Shown here piece after piece: positions 20,124-30,224 of a stretch of 64,000 bases of DNA. How positions within the stretch are numbered: the stretch's first letter is position 1; the number at the start of each line of letters is the position of its first letter. The stretch is from Candidatus Bathyarchaeota archaeon. GTDB lineage: Archaea > Thermoproteota > Bathyarchaeia > 40CM-2-53-6 > RBG-13-38-9. The notes under the pieces are model-generated. The model ran no database searches. It was given only the letters and a program-made list of their open reading frames with translations, and was not told the origin of the DNA. The DNA lies in assembly GCA_963807605.1 (NCBI GenBank), contig CAWECG010000003.1:192001-256000 (forward strand), read 5' to 3'. Both the position numbers and the translations under genes were made by a program.

Positions 20124-20583
20124 AGTTCCTCACCTCCGTAGCATCCCTCATCTGTCTTTGTTCCCTGATCAATACATTCTAGTTATTAACCGATGAACCC
20201 GATTTCAGACTCAACTTCCATTATGATTCGAGATTCCTCTGAATCAAAAAAATTACTGCTGTGCTGGGCGACTTCAGAATGCTCGGCTATCCTGAACATG
20301 CCATACCGAGAGAGGCAGCCCTGCGACTTTGCTAAGATTCTAGAAAAGAATCAGAGCAAGTGTTTACGCGGTGTTGGGGGTGCATAAAGTATTCCAAAGG
20401 CGACCCTACGAAGATGTGCCTTTCAAGTAGGTTGGACTACCGTGGCTGCAATTTGGTAAACAGACTCTGATCGCCAGACGGCTTCGCGTTAAGAGTTTCA
20501 TGGAACTGGCATGAGAATGATCTGCTGAACCCAACGATCTCGAAATCACAATCTCTGACAAATGTGATGTGCGTGGTTCTGGG

Positions 20584-21036
20584 CTATGGTATTAGTCTCA
20601 GATCTTCCTTGACGCTTGTGAGGACTATATGTGTGTTCGTCCTTTCCACGTAAGGCATAGAAAGCAACTTCTTTGTGAACGCGCTAAGATCGTCCATGTT
20701 TTTGAACTTAGAAATTATTATGGCATCAGTATCTCCTGTTACGTCGTAGACAACTAAAGCATTGGGGAGTCTAGCTATCTCCTTCTCCATCTCAAGCAGT
20801 CGTCCCCTTGAAACTACTATTTCAGTAATGGCTGTGATCGTGTAGCCGAGCTTCTCGTAGTCCAAAATGACGGAGTATCCTTTGATTACGCCTTGCCCTT
20901 CCATCCGGCGTAGCCTTGAGAGGACGGTTGCAGTTGAGGTCCGGATCCTCTTTCCAACTTGTCTGCATGAGAGTCGCGCGTCAGCTATGTACTCGTTGAG
21001 GATCCGCCAGTCAAGCTCATCGATCTTGGCTTCCAC
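20584..21036 (-). CDS. Lrp/AsnC family transcriptional regulator
   Basis: IDELDWRIL HTH, GVIKGY, YDVTGDTD RAM domain. Confidence 0.93.
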   Translation of the reverse strand: MEAKIDELDWRILNEYIADARLSCRQVGKRIRTSTATVLSRLRRMEGQGVIKGYSVILDYEKLGYTITAITEIVVSRGRLLEMEKEIARLPNALVVYDVTGDTDAIIISKFKNMDDLSAFTKKLLSMPYVERTNTHIVLTSVKEDLRLIP

Positions 21037-21179
21037 CCTCGACCACTTGATATATGATTAGTTCTCCGTGAAAACTTGATTAATTGTAACTAGTTATCTT
21101 GCTTCACTCATCATGCCTATCATGAATATTAGAGTTGCTTTTCATATGTTTATTCCTGGGAGTCTTCATTGACTCATTG

Positions 21180-21247
21180 TGAACGTATGTATCAATTTTA
21201 ATCTGTTTTCTTTATGAACGTACGTATTTTTTCCAAATCTTATAAAT
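21180..21247 (+). promoter_or_regulatory. Direct repeats TGAACGTAYGTAT (21180-21192, 21215-21227) followed by TATA box TTATAAAT of glnA
   Basis: 12/13 identical repeats 35 bp apart in the AT-rich divergent lrp-glnA spacer. Confidence 0.5.
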
Positions 21248-21310
21248 ATGAGGTTTATATCCATAGTTGGACCGTTTAATCATGAGGGTACGTGTTTAAC
21301 GGTGAGAGGA

Positions 21311-22783
21311 ATGCCGGACAAGAGAGATATTGAAAATGCAAAAGGTAAGTTAGAGAAGGCTGGGGTGAATTACCTACTCTGCTTCTTTAGCGATCTGAGG
21401 GGGATTCTACAGTGCTTCTCGATTCCCGTCTCCGAGTTCACAAAGGGGGATGCATACGCAACAGGACTCGGTTTCGACGGTTCTTCAATAAGAGGATTCA
21501 AACCAATCCAAGAGAGCGACATGATATGGATGCCAAATGCTTCGACGACAACCGTAATACCCTGGATCGAAGACCCGATTCAAAAGTCTGCTATGGTCTT
21601 CGGCAACGTCCACGAGGCTTTTGGAGCAAAAGATGGCGGAGGCGTCTCGGAGGTCGATCCGCGCGGATACGTGGCACAGAACGCGATGAAGGAAGCCGAG
21701 AAGATGGGTTACCGCGCCATCTTCGGCCCTGAGATCGAGTACTTCGTCTTTGAGAGCCTCGATCCAACACAGCTCGTATACGATCTCTGGGTCTCCCCCG
21801 CAGGAGGCAAAGGAGACTCCTGGGGCCCGCCTAGGGTTGTTCCAAAGTCACCTGAGATCAGACCAGGCGGCTACATACTGAGACCCAAGGAAGCCTACTT
21901 TAGAGCACCGCCAGAGGACACGACCACCAACTACAGGAACGAGGTTGTCCACTACCTGAGAATGATCGGTGTAGATGTCGAGTGTCACCATCACGAAGTT
22001 GCGACAGCCGGACAGATCGAGCTTGATTACAAACCAATGGAGCTTATAGAGTGCGGAGACGCGTTTTACAAGTACAAGTTCACCGCAAGAAACATAGCGG
22101 CGAAATACGGCTGGATCGCAACGTTCATGCCCAAACCACTTTACCTCGACAACGCGAGCGGGATGCACACTCACCAAAGCCTATGGAAGGGCGAACCATT
22201 CAAGGGCGAGAACGTCTTCTACGACAAGGACGACGAATTTGGGCTAAGCCAGACAGCCCGATACTATATTGGAGGATTAATAGCACACTCCAAAGCTCTT
22301 ACGGCAATCTGCTGTCCAACTGTGAACAGCTACAAGAGACTTGTTCCAGGCTTTGAGGCACCGATAAACATCAGCTGGAGTCCAAGGAACCGCAGCGCCC
22401 TTGTGAGGGTGCCTCTCTACTTCAGGACACCAAAGGCGATCAGATGCGAATACAGAGCAGTCGACCCATCATGCAACCCCTACCTTGCACTTGCGTGCAT
22501 GCTCAACGCCGGGCTGGACGGGATAAAGAAGAAGATCGAGCCGGGAAATCCCCTCAGAATGGACATGTATGAGTTGACCGCTGCAGAGAAGAGGGAATAC
22601 GGAGTCGGGGAGCTTCCAACAACATTGAGAGATGCTGTCGAGCATTTAACAACGGACGAGGTTCTGCAAAGAACTCTGGGAAGTCACATATACGACAGCT
22701 TCATGGACCTCAAGTTTGAGGAGTGGAACCAATTCTGTCTGTACGTTACACCGTGGGAGATCATGAAATATCTCGACTACTAG
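21311..22783 (+). CDS. glnA: Glutamine synthetase type I
   Basis: FDGSSI, GPEIEYF, HHEVA, TFMPKP, NASGMHTH, NSYKRLVPGFEAP, RNRS; SD GGTGAG before ATG 21311. Confidence 0.97.
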   Translation: MPDKRDIENAKGKLEKAGVNYLLCFFSDLRGILQCFSIPVSEFTKGDAYATGLGFDGSSIRGFKPIQESDMIWMPNASTTTVIPWIEDPIQKSAMVFGNVHEAFGAKDGGGVSEVDPRGYVAQNAMKEAEKMGYRAIFGPEIEYFVFESLDPTQLVYDLWVSPAGGKGDSWGPPRVVPKSPEIRPGGYILRPKEAYFRAPPEDTTTNYRNEVVHYLRMIGVDVECHHHEVATAGQIELDYKPMELIECGDAFYKYKFTARNIAAKYGWIATFMPKPLYLDNASGMHTHQSLWKGEPFKGENVFYDKDDEFGLSQTARYYIGGLIAHSKALTAICCPTVNSYKRLVPGFEAPINISWSPRNRSALVRVPLYFRTPKAIRCEYRAVDPSCNPYLALACMLNAGLDGIKKKIEPGNPLRMDMYELTAAEKREYGVGELPTTLRDAVEHLTTDEVLQRTLGSHIYDSFMDLKFEEWNQFCLYVTPWEIMKYLDY

Positions 22784-22798
22784 TGGAGGTGAAATAGA

Positions 22799-23113
22799 AT
22801 GGGTGTTCATCGAGTCACAAGTGAGGCTGCAAGAGCCTACGCCGCCAGAGAGAGAGCAATAGGCAACGGGGTAGCGACACTCGGCTCGGTAGCTGAGAAC
22901 GTCTCAAGGTTTGACAAGAAGACCCTTGAGAAATGCGGAGACCTGGCCGCCGAGATGCTCCCGTACGCACCGGGATACGTGGGAAAGACTATGCTGATAA
23001 TCGCAAGACTACTTTGGGCCCTTGCCTCAAGCAAGGAGAAGGAAACGAAGGTCATCCCTATAGAGCAGCTTGAGAAGAAAATAGAGGAGATTAGAAAGGA
23101 TCTCCCAGCATGA
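22799..23113 (+). CDS. Hypothetical helical protein in the glnA operon
   Basis: Strong SD GGAGGTGA; tightly packed between glnA and the hisC-like gene. Confidence 0.8.
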   Translation: MGVHRVTSEAARAYAARERAIGNGVATLGSVAENVSRFDKKTLEKCGDLAAEMLPYAPGYVGKTMLIIARLLWALASSKEKETKVIPIEQLEKKIEEIRKDLPA

Positions 23114-23120
23114 TCCCTGC

Positions 23121-24221
23121 ATGTCGAACATCCGAAACATCAAGAGCGTCTTGGAATTATTGGAGCCCTATGATCCAGGGCTCTTCCCAAGTGACATAAC
23201 TCAAAGGTACGGAATCCCGGAGAGCGGGATAGTCAACCTCAGCTCGAACGAGAATCCCTATCCTCCCCCAAAGAGACTGATCAGAAGAATAGCGGAAGTA
23301 CTGGAGTCTGCCAATAGGTACCCAAATCCATCTTACGCAGAACTGAAGGAGGGAATATCTGAATACGTCGGTCTCCCCCCGGATCACATAGCTGTTGGTA
23401 ATGGTTCTTCAGATCTCATAGATCTCACCTGCAAAGTAATACTGACTCCACTCGACAAAGTGGTCATTCCCGTTCCGACATATGCACTCTACATGCTTAC
23501 ATCGATGATATGGGAGACAAGCATAACGTACGTTGAGACTGAAGACTCCCAATTTCACCTCACAGCCAAAGAAATCAAACCCTTCCTCGATGGAGCAAAG
23601 CTGATCTTTCTCGGATCACCTAACAACCCAACTGGACTTTGCGTCGAGAAAGACGAACTCAGAGAGATGCTGAAGGCTAAAGACGCAACCTTCGTTGTGG
23701 ACGAGGCTTACTACGAATTCTCCGACAGGACAGCTGCCGATCTTCTCGAAGAACATAAGAATCTAATCATACTGCGCTCGATGTCAAAATACTTCTGCCT
23801 TGCCGGGTTGAGAATCGGATACGCGCTTTCGAACCCAGTACTAGCAGCGAGCTTGGAGAAGGTGAGGCTGCCGTTCAACATTAACAGTCTCGCTCGAACC
23901 GCCGCAGTCCTAGCCTTGAAAAACCCAGACTACTTCAGAAAGATCTGTGGAGAGATCATATTCGAGCGGAATCGCCTCACGAGAGAATTAGAACGTATCG
24001 GGCTGAGATCTTTCCCTTCAGAGGCAAATTTCTTGATGGCGCAACTACCGGAGGGCCGAGACGTTGACAGGTTCACAGAAGAATTGGCGAGTCGAGGTGT
24101 CATTGTGAGGAGCCTCAATAAGCTCTTAGGTCTTTCGCGGGATTATTTCAGAGTGACCGTCGGGACAAAGTCCGAGAATAGAAGATTCATCAGGGCATGT
24201 AAGACTATTCTCTCAACGTAA
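23121..24221 (+). CDS. hisC: Histidinol-phosphate aminotransferase-like PLP enzyme
   Basis: LSSNENPY, GNGS, SPNNPTG, VDEAYYEF, RSMSK..LAGLRIGY. Confidence 0.85.
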   Translation: MSNIRNIKSVLELLEPYDPGLFPSDITQRYGIPESGIVNLSSNENPYPPPKRLIRRIAEVLESANRYPNPSYAELKEGISEYVGLPPDHIAVGNGSSDLIDLTCKVILTPLDKVVIPVPTYALYMLTSMIWETSITYVETEDSQFHLTAKEIKPFLDGAKLIFLGSPNNPTGLCVEKDELREMLKAKDATFVVDEAYYEFSDRTAADLLEEHKNLIILRSMSKYFCLAGLRIGYALSNPVLAASLEKVRLPFNINSLARTAAVLALKNPDYFRKICGEIIFERNRLTRELERIGLRSFPSEANFLMAQLPEGRDVDRFTEELASRGVIVRSLNKLLGLSRDYFRVTVGTKSENRRFIRACKTILST

Positions 24222-24326
24222 TCAATATTCCAAGACTCGAATCTTTAATTGCTCCATGAGTCAAGAGTACTACCGTTTTGAGTAGCATCAATAAGCCTCC
24301 TAACCGATATGGACCACACAGGTGCT

Positions 24327-24649
24327 TAGAGTGCATTCATAGGACCGTGGGAGATAGCACTCATACTGGCAATTGTCCTAATTTTGTTTGGGCCAAAGAA
24401 GCTTCCTGAACTTACGAAAGGCTTAGGCGACGCCATCAGACAGTACAGGCAAACGTCAGAAGGCGGAGTGATACCTACCTCAACTCCAAGCCAAGCGTAT
24501 CCACAGACTAAGTTGCACCCACCACACAGCCAAGAGCAGGCGAGATACTCATTGACACAGCCAAGCAACTGGGGATCCATACTGATGGGAAGACCCTGGA
24601 CCAGATCTCAAAAGAGATAACGGACAAGACAACTTCGAAGAGCAACTAA
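24327..24649 (+). pseudogene. tatA: Degenerate second tatA copy (TAG at the start position; frameshift near 24511)
   Basis: *SAFIGPWEIALILAIVLILFGPKKLPELTKGLGDAIRQY closely matches 1-126; archaeal TatA tail EILIDTAKQLGIHTDGKTLDQISKEI is in another frame. Confidence 0.85.
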
Positions 24650-24867
24650 CCCAGAAACGACCCCCAGCAAGAGCTAGACAACGTAGGCTGTAGAAAGCTT
24701 TCCATTGACAACCATAGGCTTTTCCAGGCTGAAGACTAGAGACCCAAAGTAGATTGCACAGGGTCCCAATGAGAACATAAATCGACTCTTTTAACTGACC
24801 CAATTCTGCATTACAACAGAGGCAAGAGTTGAAGTTTCATCTGCAGCCGGACCATATCAGCCGCTGT

Positions 24868-26990
24868 TTAGGCAGTTGAACAGATGGGAGTGGGACAGCC
24901 CCCGCCGTACTCAGAATCTGCACTGACGCAATCAAGAAGCCTGCCGGTCTCTTTGCCCATGACAGAGCCGATATAGAGCACTTGTTGGCTCTTGCTTCCA
25001 TAACGATAGACGGTGATTCCTTTACACTTCAGTTTGTACGCCAGCCAATAAGCCTTCTCAACATCATCTGGGGTAGCATTGTTTGGGAAGTTTATCGTCT
25101 TCGAGACTGCGTTATCGGTATACTTTTGGAAGGCCGCCTGCATCCTAACGTGCCACTCTGGAGAAATATCAAAAGCTGTGACGAAGAGCCTCTTTACGTC
25201 ATCTGGAACTTCACTGATCTCTTGAATCGAACCTGTTCGGGTGATCTTGGTAATCAACTCTTGACTGTAGAACCCTCTCTCCTTGGCCAGCCTCTCGAAC
25301 TCTGAGTCCACCTCAGGTAGCTGGGTTCCCTCCATAACATTTCGAATAAAGGCAACTGCGAAAAGTGGCTCTATTCCGCTGCTGACACCAGCGATTATCC
25401 CTATGGTTCCTGTTGGGGCTACTGTCGTGACCGTGGCATTCCTCATAGCTCTGTAGCCCTTCTTCTTCCAAATGCTACCCTCGAAGTTAGGGAAGGAGCC
25501 TCTGGTCTCACCTAGCTCGATAGAGGTCTTGTGTCCCTCGTCGTGGATGAACTTCATGATCTTCTCTCCGCATTTAAGCGCGTCCTCCGTGTTGTATGGA
25601 ATCTTCATCTTTATCAGAGCGTCCGCAAAGCCCATGACGCCCAGCCCGATCTTCCTGTTACCCTTGGTTACCTTCTCAACCTCAGGGGTTGGATATCTAT
25701 TCACGTCTATCACGTCATCAAGGAAATGAACGGATTTTCTGACACAGCCTCTGAGTCTCTCCCAATTCAGATCCCCACCCTCGATAAACTTCGTTATGTT
25801 GATCGAGCCGAGATTGCATGACTCATTTGGAAGAAGTGGTTGCTCTCCACACGGATTGGTACTCTCCATAGGCCCGAGTTGGGGTGTTGGGTTATACCTG
25901 TTTATTTCATCGATAAATACCAGCCCCGGGTCACCCGTTCTCCAAGCGGATGTCACGACGAGCGTCCAGAGGCTTTTCGAATTGATCTTTCTGTTTGGCT
26001 CCTTCGTCCGCGGATTGATCAGGTCAAAGTCTTTGCCCTTCTCCACAGCCTCCATGAACGCATCGGTTACCGCGACCGAGAGGTTGAAGTTCGTAAGAAA
26101 ATCCTCCCTCTCCTTGGCAGTTATGAAATCGATTATGTCCGGATGATCGACTCTGAGAATGGCCATGTTCGCCCCTCTTCTCCTTCCACCTTGCTTGATC
26201 ACGTCTGTGGCTGTATCGAAGACACGCATGAAGGAGATGGGCCCAGAGGCTATGCCTCCTGTTGAGCCGACAAAATCTCCTTTAGGTCTCAGCCGGGAGA
26301 AGGAGAAGCCAGTTCCCCCTCCAGTCTGATGTATTATCGCCATATCTCTGACAGTATTGAATATCTCACTGATCGAGTCCGCGACAGGGAGGACGTAGCA
26401 TGCTGAGAGCTGTCCCAGCCTAGTGCCCGCGTTCATCAGAGTGGGTGAGTTTGGGAGGAACTCAAGGCTAGACATCATACTGTAGAAGCCCTGCTCGGTC
26501 TGATTCACCTTATCAGGGGTCTCATATCTGCTGTCTCCGGCAGCGATAGTCTTTGCTATCCTGCAGAACATCTGGCTGGGCATCTCAATCACTTTGCCGG
26601 TTGAATCCTTCTGCAGGTATCTTCGCTCAAGTACGCTAATCGCGTTGACTGTGAGTTTGAGCTCGTCCTCGACCCCGAAGAATCTCTTGGCCTCTCGAAT
26701 GTCAGTATGCCTCTTTCTGTAAAGAATGTAGGCCTTCGCAACCTCTGGTAGGCCTTCCCTCATCAGAACCTTTTCGACAACATCTTGGACATCCTCAACT
26801 CCAGGAATTGTGGCTCTGAATCTCTTCTCAATCTCCTCCACAACAGCTCCTGTAACCTTGCTAGCGACAGCCCCGTCTGTAACGGAGACTGCGGCCATGG
26901 CCTTCCCTATCGCGGCTTCAATCTTCCAGGCTCGAAATCTACAATCCGACCATCACGTTTACGGATCTTAGGGATTCGAGGGGCCGACAA
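24868..26990 (-). CDS. nrdJ: Adenosylcobalamin-dependent (class II) ribonucleotide reductase with ATP-cone; frameshift near 26926
   Basis: PNSPTLMNAG, SACYV, TNPCGEQ, CNLGS, APTGT, C-terminal Cys pair; ATP-cone start IRKRDGRIVDF is out of frame with KIEAAIGKAM. Confidence 0.93.
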
Positions 26991-27085
26991 AATTTATTCC
27001 CATCTCTGTACCTTGATGGCTAACCTTAAAACTATTGATAATGTGCAGAGACCAAAGCTCGAGATCTTCGGAATCTGTTTGTTGT

Positions 27086-27274
27086 CTAGCTTGACTTCGC
27101 CAAGAGTGTCTTCTCGATATTGGTCAGGCGCTCCTCTATCCTGTCAAGCCTGATGAGGATCTCCTTCAGGATCCCGGCTCTCTCATCAACACCCTGCGGT
27201 ATGAGAGGCCGCAGCGGTTCCGGGAATGGTAAAGGCGACTCAAGAGGTCTCCTGTAACTGCTAGTATATTCCAT
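27086..27274 (-). CDS. Small Pro-rich/coiled-coil hypothetical protein
   Basis: Heptad pattern ILIRLDRIEERLTNIEKTL; SD-like GAGTGA. Confidence 0.6.
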   Translation of the reverse strand: MEYTSSYRRPLESPLPFPEPLRPLIPQGVDERAGILKEILIRLDRIEERLTNIEKTLLAKSS

Positions 27275-27406
27275 TAGCCATCACTCAGAAGGATTCACAA
27301 ACTTACCCTTTTGGCATCTTTTAGCGCATTTCTTTGATTTTTCATGAATTTAAGTCATTTTCAGGAAAAAGAGAAGAAAAAAGGCTAAGCCATATGAATG
27401 GTGATG

Positions 27407-27448
27407 AAAAATAGGCGTAACGTGTAGACTCTGTCTTCACCTTACGCC
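27407..27448 (-). terminator. Hairpin plus U-tract downstream of the Lys-rich gene
   Basis: AGGCGTAA/TTACGCCT outer stem, GTG/CAC and AGAC/GTCT inner stems, followed by ATTTTT on the minus strand. Confidence 0.6.
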
Positions 27449-27458
27449 TTATGTACTT

Positions 27459-27656
27459 CTAAGGATAGGTTGGGGCCTCAGTAGGAGGAGGCGTCGTGTC
27501 AATCGGGGGCGCCTCAACGGGGGGCGCCTCAATTGGAGGTGGAGTCAATACAGCTGGTTTTGGTTTGGGCTTGGGCTTGGCTCGCTTCTTAGGCTTAGCC
27601 TTCTTAGGTTTAGCCTTCTTCTTCGTCTTCTTTTTTGGCAAAACTAAATTACCCAA
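27459..27656 (-). CDS. Small Lys-rich/Pro-rich protein (histone H1-tail-like)
   Basis: PKKKTKKKAKPKKAKPKKRAKPKPKP followed by PPIEAPPVEAPP; repeats visible at DNA level. Confidence 0.65.
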   Translation of the reverse strand: MGNLVLPKKKTKKKAKPKKAKPKKRAKPKPKPKPAVLTPPPIEAPPVEAPPIDTTPPPTEAPTYP

Positions 27657-27725
27657 GACATGTTGATAGTCGATCTAAGATTTAAGCCATTGTGTGTTTG
27701 TTAAGTTCTGGTGAGTTGCTTTAAT

Positions 27726-27897
27726 CTCGGCGCGGAGTCTCTGCGTCGCTGAGAACGTCACGAATAGGGTGAGAGCACCCGAATTTGAACTATCGATTCT
27801 GTTTCTGTCGTTGGTAAACACATTCGACAGGATTCTATTCACGGGGGCGGGGGGTTGTTTGTCTCTCAGCTGCGCCGAGGGGCTCGCAAGGCTCTTC
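27726..27897 (+). ncRNA. Candidate multi-branched structured RNA of unknown family
   Basis: Nested stems 27726-34/27871-79, 27748-54/27864-70, 27762-66/27836-40; hairpins 27767-80 and 27803-10/27825-32; GCAA-capped stem; G-U pairs favour the + strand. Confidence 0.45.
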
Positions 27898-27960
27898 ACG
27901 GCCATCGTGTTTGTGATCGCTGTCAATCATAGAAAAGCGTATGGCTAGAGTCTGAAGCCA

Positions 27961-28740
27961 CTAAAATCCTGCGAGAAGTGCCATTGCTAAGGCGATCGCA
28001 TCATAAGCACCGTGGACTATCGCTACGGCGGTCATATTCCTGTCAGTCCTCTGCCATATATAACCCAAAAACAATCCTGCTACAAATGTTGGAGCAATAG
28101 CCCTCAGAATGTTCAACGCGTGCAGCATGCCGAACAGAAAGGATGCTAGTAACCATCCCTTCATCTTGCCAAGTGACCCCTCCAAACCCTGCTGGATATA
28201 GCCCCTTGCGAAAAGCTCCTCTATAGGCCCGACCAAAAGCATTGAGAATGCGACCAAAGCGATAAGTTGGATGCCAGTCCTCGGGACAACTAGTTTGGAG
28301 AAGACTTGCTCTGCAGGATCGGTACCAAAGATCGTGCTCTGTACCGCAGCAACTGTTGATGTCAGGATCAACATCAGCACGGCTAGAAGGATCATCTTCA
28401 CGAACATGCTAGCCGAGACCTTCTTGAATCCTAGCTGGCTGAAGCCGGCCCTGCTCCTTCTAGCGAAAACTAAAGTCATGACGAGTATTGTGATCTCGTT
28501 CACGGGAATCGAAACAAGTGATAAGGGATACGGAGGATCCCTGATATTGATTCCTGTGGAGCTTAATGCCGCTACCGTCGCCAAAGATACCAATAAGACT
28601 CCAACCACAACTGCAAAGTAACAGGCTAGGGCCGACCTTCCCCTCCAAGCGGGAGATTTTTCTTCAGTTGCTAAGGTCGAAGCTGACGAGTCTACTGTCT
28701 GAGCGGTCTCACAGAGATCCTGATCATCCATCTCAATCAT
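27961..28740 (-). CDS. CPBP (CAAX/Abi) family intramembrane metalloprotease
   Basis: EELFARG, FGMLH, HGAYD; multiple TM. Confidence 0.9.
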   Translation of the reverse strand: MIEMDDQDLCETAQTVDSSASTLATEEKSPAWRGRSALACYFAVVVGVLLVSLATVAALSSTGINIRDPPYPLSLVSIPVNEITILVMTLVFARRSRAGFSQLGFKKVSASMFVKMILLAVLMLILTSTVAAVQSTIFGTDPAEQVFSKLVVPRTGIQLIALVAFSMLLVGPIEELFARGYIQQGLEGSLGKMKGWLLASFLFGMLHALNILRAIAPTFVAGLFLGYIWQRTDRNMTAVAIVHGAYDAIALAMALLAGF

Positions 28741-28819
28741 CTCATAATATTATGCCTATAGTGTGGATAGATGTTTCCGTCTTACTTCAGTACGTCTAGT
28801 TCCAAGGTGTCAGATTTGA

Positions 28820-29473
28820 TTACTTTGTGGTGTCACGGGCTTCTCTCGGATTGGCTGTGGCATCATGAATGTTACCTAGCTTCTTTCCAAATAAGATCTC
28901 GAGATCCTCGGGTCTATTCACGTTTATTCCGATTTCTCTCGCAGCTACTGAAAACGTAGCTTCATCTATTTGTGGTTCATCTATATGCCGGCTGTCCACG
29001 ATGTTTATGCCGACTGCTCTTATCGGAATGTTCTCATGCAATCCCTTCGACTCGTTTTCGCCTTTACGCTCGTAGAGCATTACTGAAGTGACCACTTTCA
29101 GTGAGGGTTTACTACAACTGTGGTAATGCCTAATGATCTTGTCAATCAATCGGCTAGATATTTGTGGCAGATCGGCTGAGATTACAAGAACTATTCTAGG
29201 GATAAGTGTCCGAATGGCCTCTTGAGCATCTTCAACATAATTGTGGCCTTGCGTCTCAATTACTTTCAGCCCCAACCTTCGGGCCATCTCTTTCGTCTTT
29301 GGGGTATGTGGACTTGTTGCAACCACCATCTCCTCTATTCCTGAAGCACCATCAAGCGCCTCTACTACCAGTTCAAGCATAGTCCTCCCATAGACATCTA
29401 TCAAAGGCTTCTCCATCTTGGGGCCCATCCGGCTCCCTCTTCCCCCAGCCATGACAAGTCCGATTAGACCCAA
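28820..29473 (-). CDS. cobY: Adenosylcobinamide-phosphate guanylyltransferase
   Basis: MAGGRGSRM..EKPL, SADLP, NVNRPEDL; cob operon context. Confidence 0.88.
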   Translation of the reverse strand: MGLIGLVMAGGRGSRMGPKMEKPLIDVYGRTMLELVVEALDGASGIEEMVVATSPHTPKTKEMARRLGLKVIETQGHNYVEDAQEAIRTLIPRIVLVISADLPQISSRLIDKIIRHYHSCSKPSLKVVTSVMLYERKGENESKGLHENIPIRAVGINIVDSRHIDEPQIDEATFSVAAREIGINVNRPEDLEILFGKKLGNIHDATANPREARDTTK

Positions 29474-30219
29474 TGGAACATCACCAAGACGAGTAACGAG
29501 CTCGATCTTGCCAGCTCATTGATGGCACCTAGAACATCCCCTGTCACGCAGTTGAAATTCCTATGCGATAATACAACAATAATCCCGCTGACCAGGACTG
29601 CCGCGGCCAAGCCAAATAGGCCCCTGATACCTAAGAAAATTGCGGCGACTGCGATTGAGAAGAGTGAGGCCAGTGCAACCGTGATCTTGCGCCGTCTGAC
29701 TTTCAAAGTCCTGATGAAGATGGCCCCAATTCCATCAAGCGAGGGCCTGCCAATGAGCGCACCAACAACCATCGCCAGTTTTGCAGATGTCTCTGATATT
29801 ACAATACTGGGCATCAGGTCGTGCTGAGTAGTTGCGGATAAACATGATACCAAAAGCAGGGTTGTAACTAGCCCCAGACCCAAGCCACCAGCTCCTGTAG
29901 CTTTATCCCTCATCACAGCAATTTTCGCCTCTGGCAAACCTCTGAACATCAGACCGTCACCAAAGTCCAGGAGCCCGTCAAAGTGGTGCAGACCGGTAGT
30001 GAGGTAGAGAATGCCAACCGTCAGCACGGCCGGGACAAAGCTCGATGGAAAAATGTTCAAAAAGAGGATGCCCAATAAGCCCGCAACGAGCCCTACTCCT
30101 GCACCGACGATTGGAAAAAGATACATGTTAAGTGCGACTTGAAACGGTTCAGCCCTCACCTTCACAGGGATTACTGTAAGAAATGATATGACAGCCTTGA
30201 GATCTTCTGGAAAAGGCAT
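29464..30219 (-). CDS. cobS: Cobalamin (5'-phosphate) synthase
   Basis: FLTVIP, TGLHHFDGLLDFGDG, MRD, TGDVLGAINE. Confidence 0.93.
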   Translation of the reverse strand: MPFPEDLKAVISFLTVIPVKVRAEPFQVALNMYLFPIVGAGVGLVAGLLGILFLNIFPSSFVPAVLTVGILYLTTGLHHFDGLLDFGDGLMFRGLPEAKIAVMRDKATGAGGLGLGLVTTLLLVSCLSATTQHDLMPSIVISETSAKLAMVVGALIGRPSLDGIGAIFIRTLKVRRRKITVALASLFSIAVAAIFLGIRGLFGLAAAVLVSGIIVVLSHRNFNCVTGDVLGAINELARSSSLLVLVMFHWV

Positions 30220-30224
30220 CGAGG

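Noticed and set aside
24326-24803. Minus-strand ORFs 24326-24580 and 24549-24803
   Set aside because: Antisense shadows of the tatA pseudogene and adjacent spacer.
27726-27897. Cobalamin riboswitch, tRNA, SRP or RNase P RNA
   Set aside because: No B12-box/GGGAA core, no cloverleaf with GGTTCGA, and no SRP or RNase P signature motifs.
27675-27926. 83-aa minus-strand ORF
   Set aside because: No protein-like features; the region is better explained by base-paired structure.
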